Part shown: one piece after another, positions 45,906 to 61,061 of the stretch
How positions within the stretch are numbered: the stretch's first letter is position 1
How the letters are laid out: each line of letters begins with the position of its first letter
Source of the DNA: the human T2T-CHM13v2.0 reference genome, Homo sapiens
DNA: 64,000 nt
Direction of reading: 5' to 3'
NCBI GenBank assembly: GCA_009914755.4
Contig: CP086569.2
Coordinates: forward strand, 23,168,001 to 23,232,000
Notes under the pieces: generated by a model
Seen by the model: only the letters and a program-made list of their open reading frames with translations
Told to the model about the DNA's origin: nothing
The model's database searches: none
Position numbers and translations under genes: made by a program

Positions 45906-46085
45906 AAAATAAATTATATATATAATAAATTTTATATTATATATAAAATAATAGATAACTTATTTATATTATAATTTATATCATTCATTTATATAAAGTT
46001 AAATATAAATATAAATTTATAAAATATAAATAAAATAAATATATTTATATAAATTTATTTATATGCATTTAATTTTTTACATATA
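45906..46085. repeat. AT-rich low-complexity tract (B-specific)
   Basis: aaataaattatatatataataaattttatattatatataaaataatagataacttatttatattataatttatatcattcatttatataaagttaaatataaatataaatttataaaatataaataaaataaatatatttatataaattt. Confidence 0.8.
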
Positions 46086-46749
46086 ATTTATAATTATACC
46101 TTTGTGGTCAATGACAGTTCTTAATGCACTTAGGTAAAAAATGAGGACAAATCTAGTCAGACCAGACTTATCTGGTGAACAAGAGTCAAGAGAAGTAACT
46201 TCAGAGAGAATTTTGTTTCAATGCAAAACTAAAACACACCCCCATGTGAGTTGTCTTACGTATTTTATTAGTCTACAACTTCAATTCTCATTTCATTCAA
46301 TGTATAGCTACAAGTTTCTAAACTAAAATTTCAACACTGGGTCCCCCTTTCATGATTTAGCATCACTGAAAACCAAAACTGCCCAATTGTCCCCAAACCT
46401 TGTAAGCTGAAAGTGGATGACTACATATGAACAATCTGAAAAATCATTTTCATGCCTTTAATACCTGATGCCAACACTGGAGGCATTAAAAACTGCAAAC
46501 CAAAGAATTAATTAAATCATCACTGCTATCCTCACTCCACCATCTAAAAAATACTTTAAGCTGAACATGTGGAAGTGTCAATTGGCTTCCCTCTGGAAGG
46601 GGAAAAGGGACTTTGATGGGAAGTAATCAGGTCAGGAAGGCAGCACCCTCATAAATGCCATTAGCAACCTCCTAAAAGGCTATAGAGTTCCCAACTCACT
46701 TCTATAATGTATAGACTCAGCAAGAGGGTTGTTTAAAATCCAGGAAGTG

Positions 46750-47207
<458 letters not shown>

Positions 47208-47621
47208 CCCAGGAAGGGACCCCTTACCTGAACACTGTATTTGCTGATGCCTTGACCTTGGGCTTCTCAGCCTCTGGGATTACAAGAAAGGTTTGTTATA
47301 AACCACCAAGTCCAGGTATTTTCTCATAGTAATGCCTGTGGACAAAGATGGTAAAAAAAAATTAACCTATTATTCATTCAAAAGCATTATGTTCCTATGA
47401 AAAATGATGCAATAAGGCTTTCGCTCTTGTTACATAAAGGGTTTTCAGCATTTATTCTAACTTCTGAAACAGAATCCCTGTTCCAAGATTGATAAATTAT
47501 ATATTGCTGGTTACTCTTCTGTTTCCCATACCTTTTAATCATTATGACAGAATGTTTCATGCAGATAATTCGGGTTAAAAAAGCCTAGGGACAGAGTATC
47601 ATAGACACCTTCTCCTTTTTT

Positions 47622-47905
47622 TATTTTTTTTATCAGTGTCTCGCTTTGTCACACAGGCTAAAATGCAGTGGTGTAAACAGACTCACTGCAGCCTGGAACT
47701 CATGGGCTCAAGCAATCCTCCCGCCTCAGCCCCCAAGGATCTGGGACTACACTGATGCACTACCACATCCAGCAATTTTTTGTCTATTTTATACAGACAA
47801 GATTTCTCCATGTTGCCCAGGCTGGCCTCAAACTCCTGAGTTGAAGCGATATGCCCACCTCAGCCACCCAAAATGCTGGGATTACAGACCTAAGCCATCA
47901 CACCT
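47622..47905 (-). mobile_element. Old Alu (AluJ-like), B-specific region
   Basis: tcagtgtctcgctttgtcacacaggctaaaatgcagtggtg...ctgggattacagacctaagccatcacacctgg. Confidence 0.8.
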
Positions 47906-48417
47906 GGATAGGCAGTATTTCTCCTGTTGCTGCTGTGAAGATACACAAGCCCAGGGAGTTGTATCTTTTCACTTAATCCTCACAATCCTATATTATAGGT
48001 GAATGTTAACACAATTTCATAACGTAAATAACTCACTTGAAAAATCAAAGTTAGTAACTTCTCACTTTAAAATTATTTGCCACCTTACCCTATAAAAATT
48101 ATGATCTTGTCAAAATTTTCTCATAAAGATATGTCCTCTTTACAGATTAGTCTGTTAATTTTAAGAATTATGGACTGTAAAGTTCTGGATCTTCATATAT
48201 TTCATTTATTTAGCTTGTATGTTCAGGAAAATTAATTGGTTTACTTATTTGGGTCCAAATCTTTCCAGTTTTATCATTAGATGATATATTAAACTGTTAA
48301 GCAATTGCCTATCTGAAACTTTATGATGTTGTTTCATGTTTTATATGCTTCACTTTCCAAAAAACCATGAGATTTAAAGCATTTCTATTCATATCTTCAC
48401 TTAAATTTGATAGTAGG

Positions 48418-48700
48418 AGCCTGTTGGCTCATGCCTGTAATCCTAGCACTTTGGGAGGCCAAGGAGGGTGAATCAGGATTTTAAGACTTGTCTGGCCAGC
48501 TGTCTGTACTAAAAATGCAAAATTTAGCCAGCTTTGGTAGCACACAGCTGTAAACCCACTTACTCATGATGCTGAGGCAGGAGAATAGCTTGAACCCAGA
48601 AAGTTGTGGTCACAGTGAGCCAAGATCCAGGCACTGCACCCCAGCTTGGGAAACAAAAGCTAGACTCCATCCAAAACAAAAAACAAAAAACCTGATCAAA
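48418..48700 (+). mobile_element. Alu (old), B-specific region
   Basis: ggagcctgttggctcatgcctgtaatcctagcactttgggaggccaaggagggtg...gcactgcaccccagcttgggaaacaaaagctagactcc. Confidence 0.8.
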
Positions 48701-49759
48701 TCCCAAGCCTTCTAGATAATTTCTATTTGCAAGAACTTATTGCTAAGCCATTACTTACAACAACCATTGTCAAATATTATAGGAAATAATTAACATGAGT
48801 ACCTCCCACATAAAACACTTATTTTCCACTATTTAAAACTAGGAAGACTTAATTTCATTAAACTATATACTTAGGAAACGTAGCTGGTTCCGTTTTTATT
48901 TAGGTTGAAAAAAATGTTTCATCACCATTATCCCCCTTCAGTCACAGAATGCTTCAAGAAAAATGTTATGGATGTCTTAAACTTTAATATAAAACATATC
49001 TAATTATTTCTTTTGACCCACATGATTCCTCTGAATGATAAACAATTTATGGTGAGGCAGACAGTTTTTTAGTCTTTCTGAAGAGTTCTCAAACTTTTAA
49101 AGCTTGTAAGTTTTTAAAGAGAAACACAGCCAAATTAGAAAAGGTGTGCAGCTTGCAAGGGAGATGTAACCTATGCCTACTTTTGTATCTATTTATATGC
49201 AAAGCTACAAAGAAAATTTTTGACAAAAAACACAGTTTAATTTCCTATTTAATTTGCTTTTAAGCATGTGTAGCAATAAAATCAGGCATTAGGCATTACA
49301 TGTATAATTTTAATCTGAAAATTTTAATACAGCCATATCATCTAAACAGATAGTTTTCAAATAACACTAACAATTATGAAATTACTTTGAAAAAAGTTCC
49401 TTTTCATCTTAATACCTCAAAAAATTCATGGAGGAAGTTAAGATCTACCTCTCCCTCCAAAATCAACATTTTGTTTTAGTGGTACTCATGTAATGATGTA
49501 GAAATGACATTTTAATTTTTGATTTGCAAGCAAGGATTGTATGCAATAACTACTATTTTTCTTTTCTTTATTTTTTTCTTTTTATTTTGTGAGACCATTT
49601 TGCTTTGTTGCCCAGGCTGGAGTGCAGTGCTGAAAAAGCACATGGAACAAATAATCATAATCAGTTATTCAGAAAATACATTTCAAACCAAAATGAAATA
49701 CCATACTTCACACATACTGGAATGGAAATAAATTTTAAATAGCAGGAAATATCAAGTGT

Positions 49760-50330
49760 TTGAGAGCATGTAGATAATTTGGAACCCTGACACAATGCTA
49801 GCTGCAATGGACAATGATGCAGCTGCTATGGAGAAATGTGGTTGTTCCTCAAGAAAACAAAGTTATCATAGGACCAAGCAATTCCACTCATATATACCGA
49901 GAGTTGAATAAGTATACCCAAACACATATGTATATATGGAAATATGGTAGTGGAAACAACCCAAACAAAATAATGAGTTAGCAGCTTGTGTAAATGAACC
50001 TTCATGGCATCATGCAAACAAAAGGAGACAGTTATAAAATGTCCTGTGGTGTTTGGGCCCATTAACATGAAATGCCCAGAACAGCTAAGTTCAGAGGCAG
50101 AAAACAGATTGTTGTTTACTAGTGGCTGACAGAAGGGAGAAAGTGAAAGGAACTGCTTAACTGGTAGTGGAGTTGTAGTTTGGAGTGATGAAAATGTTTT
50201 GGAACTAGTTGGAGGTAGCTGTTGCACAACACAGAATATATTAAATGCCAATTAACTATTTACCTTTAAATGTTAAAGTTTGTTATGTGAATTTCATCAC
50301 CACAACAGAAGTCAACTATTTTTCCATTTT
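49760..50330 (+). mobile_element. Ancient L1 (L1M-type) 3' end. Only its last ~70 bp survive in copy A (37380-37450).
   Basis: ..ccaagcaattccactcatatataccgagag...gaaacaacccaaacaaaataatgag...agaaagtgaaaggaactgcttaactggtagtggagttgtagtttggagtgatgaaaatgttttggaactagttggaggtagctgttgcacaacacagaatatattaaatgcc.. matches the typical mammalian-wide L1 3' terminus. Confidence 0.7.
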
Positions 50331-51814
50331 TTCTTAACCTATCCTTAGTTGCATAACCCTCATCTCTTAATGACACATGGTCATTTCTCCAGGAAGAGAC
50401 TGACTCTGCGTGGAGGACCTCCAGAATTCTCTCATCCACATGACATGGGACATTTAATGTTAAAATAATTAAATATTATATAAAGAACACAAAATCTGAA
50501 ACACAATTTTTTCTTCTCTGAAACAACTTTTAAAAATTATTTCTTGAATCACTCCATTCTTCTTTCTCTAAATTACTAGACATTCATGACAACTTCAATA
50601 TTTCTTATGGCTTTGGATAATCCCATGGCTCCACAAGGCCAGTTCTTCTAACAAAGCTGAAGGCAGACATTAATTCTTTGGTAAAAGTTCACTTTAATTG
50701 TTAATAACCAGTTAGTTACTATTTTTTCTTTTTATATGAATTACTGATGACTACTAATGATAACAGGCAAAACCTGTAAAACCATCAAACTCTCCACTGA
50801 ATATAAAGTTTACATATATTGTCCTTTCTCAGCTGAAGAAGGTTATCCCGTGTTGTTCAATCCATCTCACAAGCACCAATATTGCTACCTTTGAACTACT
50901 GCATGCCAAAATTCTACATAAAAGTGCTCCTTTATCTCTAAGTGATTGGCTGTATCTTAAATGTTGACAAATTAAAATGTACTAGTGCAGCTCTTCTAAT
51001 GATGTCCAATATTTATTTTTACTGCAATTAGCAATAGTCTTAAAGGGATAATTACAATATTGTAACTCTTTCAAAAATAGAAAACTTCCTCCTTTGACAT
51101 ACTCTTCACATGCTAATTCATAGAAGTCAGTCTTTCACCTATGATGTGTTTGCTGGCTAGTCTTCTAATGGAAATGTGCTGGCTTGTGTATTCTGAAATC
51201 AATAAATACTTAACTTCACTGATACTCTACATGAGAAATGTAAAATTGAAAACGGCAGTTTTCAATTTCCTCCATATTATGATGGAGGGCTAGGTAAGGA
51301 TTTTAACTTGTTCTGTTTAAATTTCTTTACTAAGATCTGTTACTTTATGGTCTTGTTTTCTTCTGTTCACTCTGAAATCTCACACTTCTCTTTCTCAAAA
51401 ATATTACTTCTATTCAATCCTACTGTTCACCTAATGCTGCTTAGAACTAAATTCTCTCCTGAAATAACTGAAGTCCTACACTAAGTATCTTGTGTTAAGG
51501 TTTTAACATCCCTGTACCATCTTAACAATTGTACACCCCCTCCATATATTTACACTCTCCATACATTAATTTACACCATATCTTAATTTACATCCCCCAT
51601 ATATTTCACAACTCTGCACTTTTGTGGTATGCTCTTAACTTAAAAATGCTGGACTCCTTCAAGTTTACCTATCAAGCCTTAATTTTATTATTCATTATTA
51701 TTTAAGCCCAGTGATTGCTTATCTGCAAAATGCTCCTTTTGTTCTTGTGTATCCTCACATAACCAGTAAGAATGCCTTGCACGTAAGTATTACTAAGGTC
51801 TCAGAACCTGGATG

Positions 51815-52105
51815 GCCAGGCGCAGTGGCTCACATTGTGAGCCAATGTGGAAGGCTGAGGCAGCTGGACTGCTTGAGCCCAGGGCTTTAATGTCCTCTAT
51901 GACAATGCAATGAGATCGTGTCTCTACAAAAATATAGAAAAAAGGGAAACAGATTTAGCTATGTGTGGTGGTGTATGCCTGTAGTCACAGCAACGCAGGA
52001 GGCTAAAAGAGGACAATTACTTGAGCCCAGGAATTTGAGGCCGTAGTGAGCTGTCATCTCATCGATGCACTCTGGCCTGGTGAGAGCAAGACTTCAACCC
52101 AAAAA
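51815..52105 (+). mobile_element. Old Alu (orthologous to A 38991-39278)
   Basis: ggccaggcgcagtggctcacattgtgagccaatgtggaaggctgaggcagctgg... Confidence 0.8.
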
Positions 52106-52235
52106 GAAACTGAACAAACAATTTTTAGATTGACCCACTGGAGGACCACTACCAAGTGACCTAGGTAATGGAAGAATTCATTAGATTACGAAGCCTACCA
52201 TCAAAGAATACTGCCAGGAATTTTAAGAAAAATTA

Positions 52236-52556
<321 letters not shown>

Positions 52557-53148
52557 TTATATTGGTGTGACAGAGAGATTTGGGATAAATGCAGAGTGAA
52601 GAGAAAGCAAAAATCTATCAGTTAAATATATAAATACAATCTACATAAAGAAAAAATATATTTGGAGAAAAATGATAAATTACTGTTCATATAATTCTAC
52701 TATAAAAAAAGTGTTTCAAAACATATCATAAGGGTACACCAAATTCCATTCAAAGAAACTCATTTATTTACAAAATCAAAAAATGACACCTCAGAAAAAT
52801 ACATTATCTGTAAAATTTGTATCATAATATACAATTCCTAAAAATCCATTATGAAGTATTAATTTTTAGCTTAGTCTATGCTCAATTTTAATAACCTTTA
52901 AGAATTGCATATTAAATAATAAAAAATATTTTCTTATATCTACAAAAAATGTAGATATATTCTAATGCCTTGGTGGTGTTACAGGTAAGAAAATGCATAT
53001 TCTCATACATGGCAGAGTAGTATTAATCTTCACCCTCAAGATAATTTGAGAAAAAAATACTATGAAGCTATGTACCTTAAAATGGAGCAAACACTGCAAT
53101 TTCGACTTGAGAAAGCATATCCAATGACTTGCACATCCGGTTATTAAA

Positions 53149-53212
53149 CTGATCTCCTGACCTTGTGATCCACCTGCTTCAGCCTCCCAAAGTGCTGGGA
53201 TTACAGGTGTGA
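53149..53212 (-). mobile_element. 64-bp Alu 5'-end remnant marking the ~1.84 kb deletion in copy B
   Basis: ctgatctcctgaccttgtgatccacctgcttcagcctcccaaagtgctgggattacaggtgtga is joined directly to ttgccttactcatttc (= A 42194). Confidence 0.8.
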
Positions 53213-56007
53213 TTGCCTTACTCATTTCTTATCTTGCCTTAGAAGTGTCCCTAATAAATGACTCTTAATATAGTACTTCATGTTATTTCTCAGAAATGCT
53301 TAAATGTCCTAATTAATTTCATAATAACTTTCTTCACTTTAATCTTTTCTATAGGCAAAGGTGATTTTAGAAGAAATGTCAGCAAAAATTGTATTTAAAA
53401 CTTACATTGCTTTGTTATTTGGGGGAAGAACTTAAATCCTTTCCAAGATCTCTTGCACTCACATTTCTGGGCCCAAAACATGTTTCCCAGGTTTGTGCAT
53501 GACTGCTTCCTTCCTACTATTCAGAGGTCAGCCAAACTTTCTTAACCTGTTCATTGCCCCTGAAACCTCTAAGTACTTCCTTTATTTCCCTTCTTAACTT
53601 TTGTGTGCATATTACATTTATATTTATTCTTACACAGTAAGATATGTTGGATGAAGTAATTTAGAAGTAACATCCACAGAAATCACCTGTTCTTGTGCTT
53701 GAAAACTATGGGGGAAAAAGAAATTATCATAGATTATTATACATAAGTCAAAATTATTTCCACACCTACAAAACCATGAGCCAAACGCAACTTTCAGTTT
53801 CTCCAAAAACTTAAAATATGAAAGCATAACCTGAATAAAAAGGCACCTCTGCTATATACCAGGAAATGTGCTAGATGTAACAGAAACAAAAGCAACTAGG
53901 AAAACTTAAATATGCACTAAAGACAATTTAACAATCAACAGATTAATACATGGTACAGTGAGGCCAAAATACCCACAATATACAGTGAAGATGAAAATGT
54001 AAAATCTAAGCTGTTTTTGGAGCATGAATTGCTATTTGTGAGATGTACGCCGGGAAGAATAACTCTCGAGAAGTCCAAAAAAGCATATTGGTGATAGCAT
54101 AAAGAGTATTGGGAACTAAAAAGAGATTTGGATAATGTTATATAAAAAAATTCCAAAGTATCCAGAATGCAATGATTTTGATGGTAATATGAAGGAATTA
54201 AGCAGGTAATAGAACGACACAAAAGTTTAAAGCTGTAATAAACACAGGATCCCTAGAATTTAAGATTCAGTAAGACAGAGATCATTAGTTGGATCAACAC
54301 AAGTGCTCAAACACACTGGAAAAATGAATAATTAGGTACTCATGTTACATAAATCACTATGGTGACAGGATAAAAATGTTTTAAGGAGGAAAAGAGCAAG
54401 GATGGGGCAAAAATGCCAGTCATTCTGTTACTCAACTTCAATATTCTCATATTATTTTCTACTTTCAAGTACGTAACACTTCCTCAATGTAAAGATCTTG
54501 TTGAAATATACTTTCTCAAGAATGTGTTTTCAGAAAATGTGAAAAAATCTTTCCTTCTTGTGAGTCTGTCTAGATGTCTCTCTATAGAAGATTCCCATCT
54601 TGTAAGTCTATCTAGCTGTCTACCCATAGTTTGTCTATGCTATAGAAGTATTTCCATGAATTGGAAGTAATTCCATTAATAGCATTTGATAGATACTGAC
54701 TTATTTCTCTCATTTTTGTGAGGGTTTCTCCTAAGTTTTAAAGCTGCTTGAAAGCTTTGAAAATCTATTTACACTTGTATTGAAATACTAACATACAAAT
54801 ATGATTACCATATATTAATTTATGTAAGGTTTATTCCAATATCCTTCCAACTACACTTGTACTTAATATGGCAAAAAGAAGAGGATAGCTAAAGCATTTC
54901 AGATCATATGACATTATGCTATCTTCAAAAGTTTAGTAATACTAAAAAGACCTTGAAATGCTGTTAAGTGAAGAACAGTTAGGATATTATTAATAAGGAA
55001 CTGTTAACATTTCCATTCATATCTTTGACAACATTTTTAGCATCTGCAGCTTTCTCAAAATAAATGCAAAGCATCTGAACTTGCTGGTTTCCCAATCATT
55101 TATCAGAAGAACAAAAATATATGAAAATATTTTACATTTATCTAATGGACTCACTGTAGTACTAACAAACCCAAAAAATGCATTTCACATCATTACTATG
55201 ATTCTTTTAATACTAAGTCACCTCTATAGTCAGCCTATTTTATTCCAATTTGTTCCATGCGTCCACAACACATTTACTTTTGCTCATTTTCATTTTTCAG
55301 TAGTAGGTGACATTTACCACAGACCCTTCACCTGCTGCTATGAGAATTTTCCCAATATCAAATAGAAATCCAAAAATAACAGTTTAAAAACAAATAAATA
55401 TTTTATATATCCAGTAAATACATTAAGTATATATTTACTTTAAAAAATATATATAACCAACATGTATATGTAGATACATATATATACACACACACATATA
55501 TATATAACAGTTGCCTTCCAATATGAGACCATAATTCCCAAATACTGCTTTAAGTGTCTTTAACTGGTGTCTAAACGGAGGCCACCAATGAAAGGCTTGC
55601 CAGGCCTATCTGCTTCTACCATTTTGCTGTAAATGGTAACAAAAAATCTATATTTAGATAATAAATAAGCCAAAAAGATAAAATTTTATTACATATTGTG
55701 TTGAAAACTCAAGTGAAATTTCCTTGCAGAGGCTGACATCTTTTTAGATTTTCTTACTTCAAATATGTAAAATTTGTAACATGCACAGTGAAAGGGGCAC
55801 TGACTTCATGGACAAGTGCTGCATTTTAATATGTACCTGACAAAAACTTGTTTGTAAAAATGAGAGGAGAAAAGCTACTCTAATTTTCTTAAGCTGCAAT
55901 ACGCAGGATACTCCATTTAAATAGTTTTATTTGAAAACTATGTATATATACTGTACAGTGTGTTTTGTGGATTTTTTTCTTGATATGTAATTTTTCTGTT
56001 GCCAAAG

Positions 56008-56244
56008 TGCACCGCTCACTGCAGCCTCCTCTACCGAACCTCAAGTGATCCTCCCACGTCTCATCTAATGGGTAAGCTACAGGCACTCACTACCAGAGCT
56101 AGTAGGCACTTTTTTGTGTCTTTCTTTAATAGACATGGGTTTCCCCGTGGTACCCAACCTAGTCTCAAACTCCTGGGCTCAAGCTATCTTCTGGCCTGGT
56201 GCTACCAAGGTGATGAGATTTCAAGGGTGAACCACCACGCCCAG
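56008..56244 (-). mobile_element. Old Alu spanning the distal boundary of the duplicated unit (homology to A ends at ~56170 inside this Alu)
   Basis: caccgctcactgcagcctcctctaccgaacctcaagtgatcctcc...ggtttccccgtggtacccaacctagtctcaaactcctgggctcaagc...gaaccaccacgcccagc. Confidence 0.75.
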
Positions 56245-56352
56245 CTTGATATTTTAATAAATGATTAAATCAAGCTAACTAAAATACATGCTTCCTTGGG
56301 GGAGAACATTTCAAATGTTTTACATTTTAGTGATTTGAAATATACAATAGAT

Positions 56353-56840
56353 CAGGGATCCCCAAACCCTGGTCTCCAACCGGTATCTGTCTGTGGCCTG
56401 TTAGGAACCTGGCTGCAGAACAGGTGGTGAACCTCTGGCACTGCCTGAGCCCCGCCTCCTGTCAGATCAGCGAAGACATTGGGTTCTCACAGGAGTAAGG
56501 GCCCTACTGTGAACTGCGCATACGAGGATCTAGGTGGCGCTCTCCCTAGAAGATTGTAATGCCTGAGTGTGACCTGAGGTGGAACAGTTTCATCCAGAAT
56601 CCATCCTCCCTATTCCCCGCTGGCCTGCCCTGTCCCCCTCGCAGCCCCGCTGTCCCACCACTGCCCCCCGTCACACTGCTCTGGCCTGAAACCCCTTCCT
56701 ACACTGTACTCCTCCTGGAACGGCCGCCCCCCACCTCCCCAAGGTGTCCACCTCACCACCTTCTCCCCCTACCCACCTCTTTTCTGTGAAAAAATAGCTT
56801 CCACTAAACCGGTCCCTGGCGCCAAAATGGCAATAGATTA
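56353..56840. mobile_element. Non-autonomous hAT DNA transposon, MER30-like (assignment from memory), carrying an extra ~150-bp GC/CCC-rich internal segment
   Basis: cagggatccccaaaccctggtctccaaccggtatctgtctgtggcctgttaggaacc...gcctcctgtcagatcagc...ctgtgaactgcgcatacgaggatctaggt...gaggtggaacagtttcatcc...ccactaaaccggtccctggcgccaaaa. The palindromic organisation of MER30-type elements is recognisable. The middle block (56630-56790) is C-rich (ccccctcgcagccccgctgtcccaccactgcccccc...). Confidence 0.5.
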
Positions 56841-56849
56841 AAGGGCTCA

Positions 56850-56935
56850 TTATGTTCGCAGACTGGTCTCCAACTCGTGACTTCAAGCCATCCTCACATC
56901 TCCTCTTCCCAATGGTAGGAATTACAAGAGTAAGT
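56850..56935 (-). mobile_element. Short Alu fragment
   Basis: gttcgcagactggtctccaactcgtgacttcaagccatcctcacatctcctcttcccaatggtaggaattacaag ≈ ggccaggctggtctcgaactcctgacctcaagtgatcc..cccaaagtgctgggattacag. Confidence 0.5.
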
Positions 56936-57252
56936 CAGTGTGGCAAGTTAATAGAATAACTTAAACGCATTTATTTTGTCTCCGTTTTAAGCTATCTATC
57001 ACCATTTATCTGGATTACACCCACTTATTCGGTTTAAATTATTTACGGTGCCAGACATACATGAAACATGTTTCAAATACTGTCATACAAGGAAGGAGAC
57101 AATTAAAGGTTTTACGGAAACAAATTTAAACTGAGATTATTTATGGCCCCAGACTTCCTCATACACTAAAGTAATGCAATTTAGGTCAAAATTTCATAAT
57201 TCCTGTCAAGCAAATCATAAATTTGACATGTGATAAGTAAAACTACAAGGTG

Positions 57253-57520
57253 TTTTTTTGAGACGGAGTCTCGCTCGGTCGCCCAGGCTGGAGTGCAGTG
57301 GCACGATCTGGGCTCACTGCAAGCCCCGCCTCACGCCATTCTCCTGCCTCAGCCTCCCAAGTAGCTGGGACTACAGGCACCCACCACCACGCCCGGCTAA
57401 TTTTTTGTATGTTTAGTAGAGACGGGGTTTCACTCTGATCTCGATCTCCTGACCTCAAGATCCGCCCACCTCGGCCTCCCAAGGTGCTGGGATTACAAGC
57501 ATGAGCCACCGCGCCAGGCC
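57253..57520 (-). mobile_element. Alu (AluS/Y-type) with internal deletion of the middle A-rich region
   Basis: T7 + gagacggagtctcgctcggtcgcccaggctggagtgcagtggcacgatctgggctcactgcaagccccgcctcacgccattctcctgcc...gcatgagccaccgcgccaggcc. Confidence 0.9.
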
Positions 57521-58272
57521 AAAGTACAAGTTTTTAATCACAGTGGTTAAGTATATTGCCTATATATTTGAATTAGGACCACATTCACAGAGAAAAACCG
57601 CTTTAACAAAAAGTGCACATGAGAAAAATGGCGCCCTAGCTCCATCTCCCACAACTTGCCCACATGTCGGGCACGTCCGATAGTAAAGGGAAGAATACTC
57701 AAGAAAAAGCAGCGAGTTTAACGAAAGTAAGTTTCGTAGTAAGTAAAGCAGTAAAGAGTCCTCTCCCTACTGTTTCCTCCCATAATTCAACACCCACACA
57801 TTGAAAACCCATCGCCTTTTATAGAAAAAATCCAAAAACTTCGTGGTCTTCGTACTCCTGCCAAGAAATCAGTTATACCCATAAACATAAATCCACACAT
57901 AATAACAATTATAACCTTTCTTAACATTTGCCAAAAAAAGCCTGAGAAAAATGGTCTGAATTAACACATTTCCTCTATTCGCAGGAGATGATGTAGACAT
58001 TAATTCTTTCACCTGAGATACAAACATGTCCTCTCTGCTTAAAATTAAGAATTTTTTGCCTAATTTTCCTGATTTTCTGAGAAACTGCCTGCGCGCCACC
58101 CTCTGTCACCACGAGCTGAAGGAACAGTTGAGGCTAGTGGCGTACCCAGCTATAAAACTTAGAAACACGGATATACCACCACTGTGAGAGCCGCAAAGGA
58201 AGTAGGCAAAGAGAAGCATAACATAAATAAAAGGAAGAGTGGCCCAAGAAATTTTGAATTAAAAAAAAAAAA
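57521..58272 (+). other. CpG-retaining ~750-bp segment ending in AATAAA + ~34 nt + A12: candidate retro-inserted transcript 3' end (processed retrocopy fragment) or solitary LTR-like promoter/terminator unit
   Basis: About 18 CpGs in ~600 bp at ~40% GC (..tgtcgggcacgtccgatag.., ..gcagcgagtttaacgaaagtaagtttcgtag.., ..acttcgtggtcttcgtactc.., ..ctgcgcgccaccc..), while the surrounding unique DNA is CpG-depleted. TATAAAA at 58151-58157. AATAAA at 58226-58231. Poly(A) at 58261-58272, immediately adjacent to the 3' end of an older L1. Confidence 0.4.
58226..58231 (+). promoter_or_regulatory. Canonical AATAAA poly(A) signal ~30 nt upstream of a genomic A12 tract
   Basis: aacatAAATAAAaggaagagtggcccaagaaattttgaatt + aaaaaaaaaaaa. 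Confidence 0.5.
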
Positions 58273-58279
58273 GAAAAGG

Positions 58280-59149
58280 AAAATTTTTTATGTAATTCAA
58301 TTATTTAAATGTAATATATAATTTAATTATACTTTTAGCTATTTTTAAATGAACAGTTAAATTATTTTTTAATATAGTCACCCTGTTGTGCTAGCAAAAA
58401 CTACATCTTCTTTATTCTATTTTTTATACTGATTAACCATGTACCCTGCCCCTCCACCTTCCAACTCCTGATTATCCTTCCCCGCCTCTTGCAACCATCC
58501 ATCTACATTCTATCACTATGAGTTCAATTGTTTTAAGTTTTAGCTCCCACAGGTAAGTGAGAACATGCAATGTTTGTCTTTCTGTGCATGGCTTATTTCA
58601 CTTAACATAATGACCTCCAGTTCCATCCATATTGTTGCAAATGACAAGATCTCATTTTTCTATGGCTGAATAGTACCCTCTTGCATATATGTACCACATT
58701 TTCTTCATCCATTATTCTGTTGATAGACACTTAGTTTCCTTCCAAATCTTGGCTATTGTGAGTGGTGCTACAATAAACATGGGAGTGCAGATATCTCTTC
58801 AATATACCGATTTCCTTTCTTTTAGGTATGTATTTAGAAACGGGAGTGCTGGATCATATGGTAGCTCTATTTTTACTTTTTTGAGGGACTTCCAAACTGT
58901 TTTCCATAGTGATTGTACTAACTTCCATTCCCTCCAACAGTGTGTGAGGGTTCCATATTCGCCACACCCTCACCACCATTTGCTATTGCCTGTCTTTTGA
59001 ATAAAAGCAATTTTAACTGTAGTGAGAGGATATCTCATTATAGTTTTGATTTGCATTTATCTGATGATCAATGATATTGAGCACCTTTTCAGATACCTGT
59101 TTGCCACTTGTATGTCTTCTTTCCAGAAATGTGTGTTCAGTTTTTTCAT

Positions 59150-59150
<1 letters not shown>
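58280..59150 (-). mobile_element. Older L1 (L1PB/L1MA-type) 3' end, in minus orientation
   Basis: The reverse complement matches the older-primate L1 3' region (..gggtactattcagccatagaaaaatgagatcttgtcatttgcaacaatatggatggaactggaggtcattatgttaagtgaaataagccatgcacagaaagacaaacattgcatgttctcacttacctgtgggagctaaaa..). Confidence 0.75.

Positions 59151-61061
<1,911 letters not shown>

Noticed and set aside
49826-50251. 141-aa minus-strand ORF in unique-looking sequence
   Set aside because: The underlying DNA is the 3' end of an ancient L1 (L1M-type) in plus orientation, so the ORF is antisense to a degraded LINE, with no support.
56559-56789. Proline-rich 76-aa ORF (PPRSPAVPPLPPVTLLWPETPSY...) that superficially looks like an SH3-ligand or collagen-like peptide
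   Set aside because: It lies inside the C-rich block of a DNA-transposon remnant. It has no start context, no codon-usage signal, and the minus strand has an overlapping ORF. It is a GC-composition artefact.
58100-58160. Possible Pol III A-box-like motif (gaggctagtggcg) suggesting a tRNA/SINE-type gene
   Set aside because: No B-box (GGTTCGANTCC-like) within 30-60 nt and no cloverleaf-compatible ~72-nt unit. It is better explained as part of the polyadenylated retro-inserted segment.
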